23,431 nucleotides of DNA from an uncultured Gemmatimonadota bacterium (GTDB lineage: Bacteria; SM23-81), in assembly GCA_964584035.1 (NCBI GenBank), contig CAZOYL010000028.1, positions 1 through 23,431 of the forward strand, in the 5' to 3' direction. Within the stretch, counting starts at the first letter, position 1. Every line of letters starts with the position of its first letter. This document shows, piece by piece, positions 15,565-23,431 of this stretch. The notes beneath the pieces are model-generated. The model was not told the DNA's origin and ran no database searches. It worked only from the letters and a program-made list of their open reading frames with translations. The translations under genes were made by a program, and so were the position numbers.

Positions 15565-16611
15565 TCAGGGAAATATCTCGCGTTCCGGACCGATCAGCTC
15601 CAACCACGGTTGCGAAATGAACCGGTCCTTGAATCCGCCCATGGCCCGGATCTGGTAGCTGCGATACCCGGGATCGTCGGCCAGCTCGAAACAGCTGGCG
15701 CTATAGCCGGAGCTGTAGCGGTTGTATGCCCCTACGATGCGGTTGAACAAACCGGGGCCATTGTCGGGATGCTCTCGGGCCTCCAGGTAGCAGAAATAAT
15801 ACTCCATAAAGCCGTAATAGAGGCTTCCGGAGATGGAGCAGTATCCCCGGCTGTCGAAGAAATTGACATTGAGCAGATCGTCGGGATCGAACGATGACCG
15901 GGCGATCTGGGTGATGCCCCAATCGTCCAGCCGGTTGTAAGAGCCCCCGCTGACGATCACGAAAAAACGGTCGCCGACTCGCAGATAGTGCTGCCATTGG
16001 CTCTCCTGCCAGGCCAGGGTTTTCAGGGCCCGCAGAAAATACGCTCTCTCCTGTCCCTCGAGCCGGTCCTCGAAGTCGGTCAGCAGGGTCGTGCCGATGC
16101 GCTCGATGAGGTCGCGGACGGCGCCATAATATCGCCCTCTGGCGGCGGGATCGCGCCACTGCTGTGCCGTCAGGGCATAGTCCAGCTCGACGTGGCCCCG
16201 GCACTCGGCGTCGATATCGGCATAATGCCGCCCTCGTCCGGCGGTAACCGCCTCGGGAAAGGTCCAGCGGTCGAACAGATCGCGGACGCGGGTCTTCGTT
16301 CCCAGGGCGGGTTCCCCTGAGGCGGCGGCCGCCGCTGAGGCGCTATCGGGCCGCGGGGAGCCGCTGAAATCCCGCTGCCACAGCTCGGCCGGCTGATCGA
16401 GCCAGGGCATGGGGGCCGATGAGGTGACCCGGCTGACCGCATCGTCGGGATGGGCTGTCATCTGATCCTCCATGGTCTGCCGGGAAGCGGCGCAGGACAT
16501 GATCGTGAACATGAGACAGAGGGCCGCAATAAAAACTCGATCCGGGCGCCCCCGGTTTCCGGGCCGACTCTTCCCCACCCCATCGGGCTGTCTTCCTCGC
16601 AGCGGCACCAT
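15565..16611 (-). CDS. Hypothetical lipoprotein with lytic transglycosylase (SLT)-like motifs
   Basis: RBS AAAGGGG; hydrophobic stretch ending IMSC; LAWQESQW, DWGITQI and AYN motifs. Confidence 0.65.
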   Translation of the reverse strand: MVPLRGRQPDGVGKSRPGNRGRPDRVFIAALCLMFTIMSCAASRQTMEDQMTAHPDDAVSRVTSSAPMPWLDQPAELWQRDFSGSPRPDSASAAAAASGEPALGTKTRVRDLFDRWTFPEAVTAGRGRHYADIDAECRGHVELDYALTAQQWRDPAARGRYYGAVRDLIERIGTTLLTDFEDRLEGQERAYFLRALKTLAWQESQWQHYLRVGDRFFVIVSGGSYNRLDDWGITQIARSSFDPDDLLNVNFFDSRGYCSISGSLYYGFMEYYFCYLEAREHPDNGPGLFNRIVGAYNRYSSGYSASCFELADDPGYRSYQIRAMGGFKDRFISQPWLELIGPEREIFP

Positions 16612-16681
16612 CAGTCCCCTTTCTCACGCAGCAGCACCGGCAGATCGACCTTCGGGTCGACCGAGATCACAACCGTAAAAT

Positions 16682-17125
16682 CTAATCGACTCGATAGCAG
16701 CCCTTGCCGGGTATGACATGCCGCACGCCTCCTCGGGCGTTGACCACGTCTCCCGGGCGGCGGGGAATGAGATGGAAGTGACAGTGCCAGATGGTCTGTC
16801 CGGCATCGGAGCCATCGTTGATGCCCACGTTGAAGCCGCCGACGCAGTCATCCTGCGAAAGGATCTGTGACCGCATCCGCGACAGCAGCCGGTGACAGGC
16901 CAAAACCTCCTCCCCGGTCAGATCGAAATAACTGCCCACATGACGACGAGGAATAATCAGCGTGTGCAGCTTGGTGACCGGAAAGCGATCCCGAACGGCG
17001 ACGGCCGCTTCGTTTGCGGCGACGATGCGTTCAGCGGGCAGCCGGCAGAAGGGGCAGGCGGCGTCATCGATACGGTTCGTCTTTTTTCCCGATGCCCGGG
17101 GCATATCGTCGGCTTTCTCCACCAT
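16682..17125 (-). CDS. HIT family nucleotide hydrolase
   Basis: ATG 17125 with RBS AAAGGAG; CPFC, DRFPVTKLHTLIIPRRH, GFNVGIN..AGQT, triad HCHFHLIPR. Confidence 0.93.
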   Translation of the reverse strand: MVEKADDMPRASGKKTNRIDDAACPFCRLPAERIVAANEAAVAVRDRFPVTKLHTLIIPRRHVGSYFDLTGEEVLACHRLLSRMRSQILSQDDCVGGFNVGINDGSDAGQTIWHCHFHLIPRRPGDVVNARGGVRHVIPGKGCYRVD

Positions 17126-17159
17126 GCTCTCTCCTTTAGCAAGCATCTTCCCGAATCGG

Positions 17160-18233
17160 TTATTTCCCCTCCATGAGAATTCCGACCGGTTTGAGTGACT
17201 CGATGTTGATGCAGATGATCTGGATGGTGGAGGAGATCGGCACGGCCAGAACCATACCAACCGGTCCCCAGATGAAGCCCCAGAAGACCAGGGAGAGAAT
17301 CACCACCAGGGGACTGAGATTCATGCTTTTCCCCACGATCCGGGGCTCCACGAAGTTCCCCATCGTCGATTGCGTGGCGACCAGCAGCAGGGCCACCCAG
17401 ATGGCGGGAAAAAGCGATCCATGCTGAACGAAGGCCACGAAAATGGGCGGCAGGGTGGCGATGACCGATCCGATATTGGGAATGTAGTTCAACAGAAAGG
17501 TCAACAATCCCCAGACCAGGGCGAAATCGACCCCGAACAGCAGCAGGATGAGATAAACCAGCACCCCGGTGGCCAGGCTGATGAGGGTTTTCGTGATCAG
17601 ATAGCGCTGCACGCCGCGGTTGATGTTTCCGAAGACCCGGGAGATCCGGGCGGCCTTCTCCCCCGGAAAGGACTGCTCGATCTTGGAAGCCATGTTCTGT
17701 TTGCCCAGGACGATATAGAGGGTCAGGATGAGGACGAAGAACAGGTTGGTCAGGAAATTGATAAACGAGCCCACTATGGAGCTGATGAAAGAGGTCAGGG
17801 AGAGATCCTTCCACACGTCGGACCATTTCACCTGGCGGAGATAGGACTGGACTTGCTCGTGAGGGATCTCCAGCCGCTGAATGGTGCTGAGATAGAGATC
17901 TCGAAAACGGTCGGCGTATTTCGGGAAACCCTCGGTGAAGGAGGCCAAGCTGGCGAAGATGAGGACGCCCAGGGACCACAGCACAGCGAAAACGATGATC
18001 AGGCTGATGATGATAGCGAGGAATTTGGGGATTCTCAGGCGGGTGAAAAATTTCACCATGGGCTCGAAGATCAGCGACAGAAAAACGGCGATGAGCAGGG
18101 GCTTGACGATGACCTGCAGCTGCCGCAGGACGAAACCCGAGGCGATGATGACCAGCAATCCCACAAAGAAGGTGATCAGCCGGTATTCTCTCAGGGAAGG
18201 GATCGAGCGCAGTCGGCGATCGTCGTCGGACAT
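17160..18233 (-). CDS. AI-2E family transporter
   Basis: Multi-TM; RYLITKT, FLLNYIPNIGS, GNFVEPRIVGKSMNLSPL, WGPVGMVLAVP. Confidence 0.93.
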   Translation of the reverse strand: MSDDDRRLRSIPSLREYRLITFFVGLLVIIASGFVLRQLQVIVKPLLIAVFLSLIFEPMVKFFTRLRIPKFLAIIISLIIVFAVLWSLGVLIFASLASFTEGFPKYADRFRDLYLSTIQRLEIPHEQVQSYLRQVKWSDVWKDLSLTSFISSIVGSFINFLTNLFFVLILTLYIVLGKQNMASKIEQSFPGEKAARISRVFGNINRGVQRYLITKTLISLATGVLVYLILLLFGVDFALVWGLLTFLLNYIPNIGSVIATLPPIFVAFVQHGSLFPAIWVALLLVATQSTMGNFVEPRIVGKSMNLSPLVVILSLVFWGFIWGPVGMVLAVPISSTIQIICINIESLKPVGILMEGK

Positions 18234-18369
18234 GGCGATTTCCTTTCTGACGATTTCCGTCTTGTCTCATCGGACGGCATCGACGGGGCGCATCATCAGC
18301 GGACGCCATCGCCGCCGATCAGCATACCACACCGTCGATCGCGGCAGGACCGGCTCGGCGGATCCGGTC

Positions 18370-18840
18370 TCAGGCTCGCAGTGTGGCCGTCAGGCGGAGA
18401 GGACGAGCCAGCAGATCCAGTGCGGCGTTGATATCGGGGAGAACGATGCCGGCCGCCTGCAGCGTTTCCGCGGCAGCGCCCTCCTGTTGAAGGACGGTCA
18501 GACCCAGGACGGCCTCCTGCAGCATCAGCCGGTCATTGCGGCCGTTGCCGATGGCCACCGTCTGCTCCGGGCCCAGCCGGCGGACGATGTCTCGTTTGGC
18601 CACGTCCTGACGCTCTGCGGGCAATATGGTCAGCTCGCAGGGCAGCCCGGTCAATTCCCCCTGGGCCCGGCCGAAGGTGTCGGCCGTCAGTACGCGGATG
18701 TGAAGTCTCTTGGCCAGCTCGATGAGGCGCTCCCGAACGCCGGGAAGAAGCCTTCCATCACAGGCCAGAGTCCCGTTGAGATCCAGGACCAGATGCTCCA
18801 GGCGCAGCGCTTTCCATCCGGGGATGGTTATCTCGATCAT
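18370..18840 (-). CDS. Small HAD-superfamily protein (soluble P-type ATPase-like)
   Basis: LDLNGTL motif I, LTADTFG, K, and GNGRND. Confidence 0.88.
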   Translation of the reverse strand: MIEITIPGWKALRLEHLVLDLNGTLACDGRLLPGVRERLIELAKRLHIRVLTADTFGRAQGELTGLPCELTILPAERQDVAKRDIVRRLGPEQTVAIGNGRNDRLMLQEAVLGLTVLQQEGAAAETLQAAGIVLPDINAALDLLARPLRLTATLRA

Positions 18841-18859
18841 CCTGCCGCCCTTCCTTGAT

Positions 18860-19441
18860 TCATTGGAATGCGTGTATATAGATCAGGCTGCCGTCCTTGA
18901 GCCGTTCCACGATCCGGCCGACCGCCGGTAACGGCACAGCCGGACAACCCCAGCTGCGCCCCAGGCGGCCGCCATTCTCGAAGATGGACCCATAGCTGGC
19001 CCAGGTGGCACCATGCAGGACGATATCCCGCCGGAAGGCATTGTCGTTGACGCCCTCTTCCAGGCCATTGAGTCTCAGGGCCGGGCCATAGTCTCCCTGG
19101 TAGGCCTCGCCGGTCAGGAAAAATCCCCGGCAGCTTTGATGCGAACCGATTTGATTGGACAGCTCGGTGGCGTAAATAAAACCGGAGTTCTCCCCATGGG
19201 CGACCAGATAGCCCTCGACCTCTCCCGTCTCCAGATCGAGGATGTGCATCCGGCGGGCGTATGAAGGCCGCGTGAAATCGATGACGGTCAGGTACCGCTG
19301 GTTGTCGATGGTGTCCCGATGGGCCCGGTAGTATTCCATGGCCCGCTCGCGGACCGGCTCCGGCAGGCGCTGGACCGCGGCCAGATGAATGGTCCAGGTA
19401 ACCAGTAAAATGATGAATGTGATGAGAAGTGCTTTGATCAT
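18860..19441 (-). CDS. Murein L,D-transpeptidase catalytic-domain protein (YkuD_2 type)
   Basis: N-terminal TM/signal; IDFTRPS, VAHGENSG, LNGLEEGVNDNA, IVLHGA, GRSWGCPA (His/Cys). Start ATG 19441 or TTG 19456. Confidence 0.9.
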   Translation of the reverse strand: MIKALLITFIILLVTWTIHLAAVQRLPEPVRERAMEYYRAHRDTIDNQRYLTVIDFTRPSYARRMHILDLETGEVEGYLVAHGENSGFIYATELSNQIGSHQSCRGFFLTGEAYQGDYGPALRLNGLEEGVNDNAFRRDIVLHGATWASYGSIFENGGRLGRSWGCPAVPLPAVGRIVERLKDGSLIYIHAFQ

Positions 19442-19605
19442 GATGATGATGGCCAAAAATGGAAGAGTTTAAAATCTCTCTTGATACAGTCGCCTCACCA
19501 CACATCCCTTCGGCTGTCGTTTTTCGATGGGCTTACCGTTCACTCCCGGCTGCGGGTCCGTGCGGTAGACCTCATGGTTGATATCGGCTGATGAGTTCGG
19601 TCAGC

Positions 19606-21954
19606 TCACCTTTTCCCCGTGTTTTCCAATACCGCCAGGGCCACCTTCTCGGCCGTGATGGGCATGGACCGGATACGGATTCCCAGGGCATCCTCGACCG
19701 CGTTGGCCACGATGGGAGCCGCTGGAATCATGGTATGTTCTCCCACACCGCGAGCCCCGAAGGGCCCGTCCGGCTGGGCCTCCTCCACGATGATGGGCAC
19801 GACCTGATCGGGAATATCTTTCGCAGTGGGGATTTTATAATCTGAAAAATTGGGATTGAGCAGTTTCCCCCGATCGTCAAAACGCATGTCCTCGTAGAGC
19901 ACGGTGGACAGGCCCTGCAGCATGCCCCCCATGATCTGCCCGCGAACCAAATCTGGATTGATGGCCTGGCCCACATCCACGGCCAGGACGGCCTTGCGTA
20001 TCCTCATCTTGCCGGTCTGCCGATCGATCTCAACGATTCCGGCCCCCGCTCCCACGGTATAGTGAACATTGGGATGCCCCCCCTGGCCCGTTTCCGGATC
20101 TCCGGTCGCCGATGTGAACTCCGGCATAAACATGCCGCTTCCCTGGATCGGCCCGCCCCGGAAGGTGCCATCCTCGATCTGAATCCCGTTGATCACAAAA
20201 TCTTTTAAAGGAATATTCATATTCTTTTTCGAGCGGCATCTGACCGATTCATCTTTCAGGTATAAGGTGTTCCGGTCCACGCCGTGAGCCCGGCAGATCG
20301 TCTCGAAGATCTTCTCTCTGGCATCCAGCGCGGCCCGTTTCACGGCGTTGCCGCAGCTCCAGGTGATATGCGAGGCCACCGTCTGCCACTCATAAGGATT
20401 CCGGTCCGTGTCGGGCGTCAGCACCCGGATCTTCTCGACGGGGACGGACAGCACCTCGGCGGCGATCTGGGCCATGACGGTCAGGTAGCCCTGTCCGATT
20501 TCCATGCCCGATACGGTGATGTTGATGCTTCCGTCCTCGTTGAATTTCAGAAAAGCGGCCGAGGAAGCATTGGGCGGCATGGCCGGGGCCTTCCAGAACA
20601 GGGCAAAACCCTTCCCGATGGATATGTGCGGAGCAGATGGCGTTTCCTTCTGACCCCAGGCGACCTCCCTGGCCACCAGATCGATGGCCCGCGACAGACC
20701 GCTGGGATTCATGGCAGCTCCATAGGGCAGGACATCGCCTTCGCGGATGGCGTTTTTCTTACGGAAGGCCACCGGGTCCATTCCGATCTCCCTGGCCACC
20801 CGGGTGATGTGCGATTCCAGGCCGAAGTGAAACTCGGAATATCCGAATCCCCGGTAGGGGCCTCCGGGGGGCAGATTGGTGTATATGCACAGCGAGTCAA
20901 TCTTGATGTTGTCAACACGATAGGGGCCGGTGGCCGAGAGGCCCGCGGCGTTGACGACGTTGGCGCCATACTCGACGTAAGCTCCGGCATCCCAATGAAG
21001 ATCGTGCTCCAGCGCGGTGATGGTTCCGTCCCCGGTGACCCCCATCTTCAGCCGGGCTCTGAGCGCCTGGCGCTGGTAGGTATTGTAGAATTCCTGCTGT
21101 CTGCTCCAGCGGACCTTCACCGGATGCCCCCGGACCGCCGTGGCCAGAGCCGCCCCGATGATCTCCATGGTGACCCCGGCCTTGCCCCCGAAGCCTCCGC
21201 CCACATAGGGCGTGATCACCCGAATATCCTTATGCGTCAGGCCCAGGGGTGCCAGGGTTTCGGCGAACAGGTGACGCTGCGTATAAGGAGACTGCGAGGC
21301 CGACCAGAGGGTTAATTTCCCGGAATGGTCCTGCCGCCCGACGATCACGTGCGGCTCGATAGCGCAGTGAGCGTACCGGGGCACCGCATAGGTATCCTCG
21401 AGAATAAAGTCGGCCTCCCGGAACCCTTTCTTCACATTTCCCCTTCTCACCTTGCGCCAATGAGCGATATTGGTCTTCTCCCGGGGAAAGAACCAGGGCA
21501 CATGGGGGTAATCTCCCAGATTCGGATGCAACAGCTGAGCATTCTCCTCAATAGCTTTCAGCGGATCGAAGATCGCAGGCAGCTCCCGGTAGGTCACCCG
21601 GACCCGCTGCGCTGCTCTGCGCGCGGTGCCCGGATCCCTGGCGATGACGGCGGCCACCTGCTCGCCGACGAAACGCACCCGGTCCTGAGCGAAAACGTAG
21701 CGGTCTTTCATGTACAACCCGAAGGTAAAGGGGAAATCCCGGCCGGTGACCACCCGGACCACTCCCTCCATCTTTTCGGCCGCCGAGGTATCGATATTCT
21801 CTATCAGGGCGTGGGCATGAGGGCTTTCCACGATCTCGGCAAACAGCAGATCCGGTCCGAAATCGAGGTCGTCCACAAACCGGGCCGCACCGGTAACCTT
21901 CTCCAGACCATCGATCCTGATCTGTGAACTTCCTATATAGGTATATCTGGGCAT
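19606..21954 (-). CDS. Xanthine dehydrogenase family molybdopterin-binding subunit
   Basis: ATG 21954; DGLEKVTG, HCAIEPH, GGGFGGK, YRGFG, EIGQG, GARGVGE (catalytic Glu). Substrate cannot be assigned. Confidence 0.95.
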   Translation of the reverse strand: MPRYTYIGSSQIRIDGLEKVTGAARFVDDLDFGPDLLFAEIVESPHAHALIENIDTSAAEKMEGVVRVVTGRDFPFTFGLYMKDRYVFAQDRVRFVGEQVAAVIARDPGTARRAAQRVRVTYRELPAIFDPLKAIEENAQLLHPNLGDYPHVPWFFPREKTNIAHWRKVRRGNVKKGFREADFILEDTYAVPRYAHCAIEPHVIVGRQDHSGKLTLWSASQSPYTQRHLFAETLAPLGLTHKDIRVITPYVGGGFGGKAGVTMEIIGAALATAVRGHPVKVRWSRQQEFYNTYQRQALRARLKMGVTGDGTITALEHDLHWDAGAYVEYGANVVNAAGLSATGPYRVDNIKIDSLCIYTNLPPGGPYRGFGYSEFHFGLESHITRVAREIGMDPVAFRKKNAIREGDVLPYGAAMNPSGLSRAIDLVAREVAWGQKETPSAPHISIGKGFALFWKAPAMPPNASSAAFLKFNEDGSINITVSGMEIGQGYLTVMAQIAAEVLSVPVEKIRVLTPDTDRNPYEWQTVASHITWSCGNAVKRAALDAREKIFETICRAHGVDRNTLYLKDESVRCRSKKNMNIPLKDFVINGIQIEDGTFRGGPIQGSGMFMPEFTSATGDPETGQGGHPNVHYTVGAGAGIVEIDRQTGKMRIRKAVLAVDVGQAINPDLVRGQIMGGMLQGLSTVLYEDMRFDDRGKLLNPNFSDYKIPTAKDIPDQVVPIIVEEAQPDGPFGARGVGEHTMIPAAPIVANAVEDALGIRIRSMPITAEKVALAVLENTGKR

Positions 21955-21970
21955 GATGCCGTCCCTGTGC

Positions 21971-22450
21971 TTATTGCTTCGATGAGGCCGACCGCCTGGA
22001 AGCGACCTCTCGAATGGCTTTGATGATCGGCTCATATCCGGTGCACCGGCAGAGATTCCCGGATATGGCTTCCCGGATATCCTCCTCCGAGGGATGGGGA
22101 TTCTTGTCCAGCAGCTCGGCGGCGGCCAGCACCATCCCCGGGGCGCAGAAACCGCATTGGAAGGAATTATGCTTCACAAATGCTTTCTGGATCGGAGCGG
22201 GTCCGTTTCCGGACAGCCCTTCCACAGTGGTGATCTCGCGGCCATCCGCCTCAACAGCCAGAATGAGACAGCTCCTGACCGTCTTTCCGTCCAGCAGGAT
22301 CGTGCAGGATCCGCAGTCGCCCCGCTGGCATCCGATCTTGGCGCTCTTCACGCCGACTCGAGATCGGAGCACATCCAGAAGGATCTCGCCGTCCTCCACA
22401 TCCAAAGGCCATGTTTCTCCGTTCACCTTCAGGACGATCTTTCTCTTCAC
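21971..22450 (-). CDS. Xanthine dehydrogenase family 2Fe-2S subunit
   Basis: GTG 22450 with RBS AGGAGG; GCQRGDCGSCT...SC, QCGFC, NLCRCTGY. Confidence 0.95.
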   Translation of the reverse strand: MKRKIVLKVNGETWPLDVEDGEILLDVLRSRVGVKSAKIGCQRGDCGSCTILLDGKTVRSCLILAVEADGREITTVEGLSGNGPAPIQKAFVKHNSFQCGFCAPGMVLAAAELLDKNPHPSEEDIREAISGNLCRCTGYEPIIKAIREVASRRSASSKQ

Positions 22451-22458
22451 CTCGCCTC

Positions 22459-23349
22459 CTACAACATGAATGACCCATAGGGAGGTCCCTTGCCGGAACA
22501 TCTCGATCTGGCGATTTTCAGACCCCGCTCCAGCATGACCTTGATCATATGCCTGCGGTACTGTTCGGTGGCCCGCAGATCGGTGATCGGGGCGATTTCG
22601 CCGGTCACCAGATGCTGAGCCTGGGCCAGTACCTCGGCGGTCAGCTCTTTTCCATCGATGAGCGCCTCGATACGCGAGGCCCTCACCGGTGTGGGAGCCA
22701 CAGCACCGAAGGCCACCCGGTAGCGATCGTCCGGCATGGCCAGCACGGCCACGCTGGCCTGGGCCAGGTCCTCGCCCCGATATCGTCCCAGCTTGAGATA
22801 CGATCCGCCGCATCCCCGGCCGGGCAAAGGCAGAAACAATTCGGTGGCCATCTCTCCGGTTTCCAGGGCGCATTTCCTGGGTCCGCGAAACCAATCGGCC
22901 GCAGAAATTACTCTCTCTCCACTGGAGCTCATCGCCCGGATGCGGGCCTGGGAAACCAGCAGGACCGGTCCGCTGTCGCAGGAGGGCACTGCCGAGCAGA
23001 TATTTCCCAGCAGGGTGGCCCTATTACGGATGCCCGGCGAGGCCACCGTTTTCGCCATTTCGAACACTAACGGCAGCTTTTGGCGAATGACGTCCGAGTC
23101 GATCAATTCGCTGAAGGTTACCAGGGCTCCAATGCGGATCTCGCGCTCGACGACATCGATTCCTTCGAGTTCCCCGATTCCCTTGATGTCCACCAGGATT
23201 TCCGGAACGACGAGCTCTTCGTCGATCCAGGGAATCAGATCGGTTCCACCGGCCAGAATCTGCGCCCGTTGACCGGCCTTCGAGAGAATCCCGACGGCCT
23301 CCGGGAGGCTCTCCGGTTTGAGATATTCAAATTGATGGGCCAAAGCCAT
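22459..23349 (-). CDS. Xanthine dehydrogenase family FAD-binding subunit
   Basis: ATG 23349 (alternative 23379); LAGGTDL, IRNRATLLGN, PITDLRATEQYRRHM. Confidence 0.95.
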   Translation of the reverse strand: MALAHQFEYLKPESLPEAVGILSKAGQRAQILAGGTDLIPWIDEELVVPEILVDIKGIGELEGIDVVEREIRIGALVTFSELIDSDVIRQKLPLVFEMAKTVASPGIRNRATLLGNICSAVPSCDSGPVLLVSQARIRAMSSSGERVISAADWFRGPRKCALETGEMATELFLPLPGRGCGGSYLKLGRYRGEDLAQASVAVLAMPDDRYRVAFGAVAPTPVRASRIEALIDGKELTAEVLAQAQHLVTGEIAPITDLRATEQYRRHMIKVMLERGLKIARSRCSGKGPPYGSFML

Positions 23350-23371
23350 GTTGAAATCCCCTGTCTCCCTG

Positions 23372-23431
23372 TCATTCATCCGGCAGCATGGCCACGATCC
23401 GGCACATGGACGATTCCAGCTCGATGCCCCG
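23372..23431 (-). CDS. Probable 3' end of an upstream gene (RGIELESSMCRIVAMLPDE*)
   Basis: Open frame from the window edge with GC3-rich codons, ending at TGA just before the FAD-subunit RBS. Too short to identify. Confidence 0.45.
   Translation of the reverse strand, partial: RGIELESSMCRIVAMLPDE

Noticed and set aside
16645..16660. TCGACC-TTCG-GGTCGA hairpin between the HIT and SLT-like genes
   Set aside because: Only a 6-bp stem, the UUCG loop is on the non-coding strand, there is no U-tract and I saw no second copy.
482..23272. Long plus-strand and alternate-frame ORFs (e.g. 5767-6759, 10674-11636, 17370-18431, 20284-21315, 16957-18309)
   Set aside because: They are shadows of well-supported minus-strand genes in GC-rich DNA and show no recognisable motifs.
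19606..23349. Aerobic CO dehydrogenase (coxMSL)
   Set aside because: Lacks the AYxCSFR Cu-binding motif.

Overview
GC-rich bacterial chromosomal segment with every supported gene on the minus strand. No mobile element, integrase or CRISPR array is evident. In transcription order (right to left): a xanthine-dehydrogenase-family molybdenum hydroxylase (FAD, 2Fe-2S and Mo subunits), YkuD-type L,D-transpeptidase, small HAD protein, AI-2E transporter, HIT hydrolase, SLT-like lipoprotein, DUF1028+TPR protein, TPR lipoprotein with a DUF2723-like soluble domain, a three-gene ABC exporter and a GH13 lipoprotein. Then comes a tightly coupled four-gene operon behind a long structured leader: a ThrC-like PLP enzyme, a DUF1611/DgcN-like protein, a MurL-like PP-loop ATPase fused to a creatininase domain, and an enolase-superfamily epimerase. 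It is followed by a MarC remnant, an Fsr-like MFS transporter, a YvlD-type membrane protein, a DapF homologue with both catalytic Cys replaced by Ser, and the start of a tRNA-Thr/tRNA-Tyr cluster with its promoter. The best candidate for an undescribed system is the 3226-8856 operon with its putative attenuator leader, a probable amino-acid or peptide stereochemistry pathway. All family assignments come from motif recognition, not database searches.
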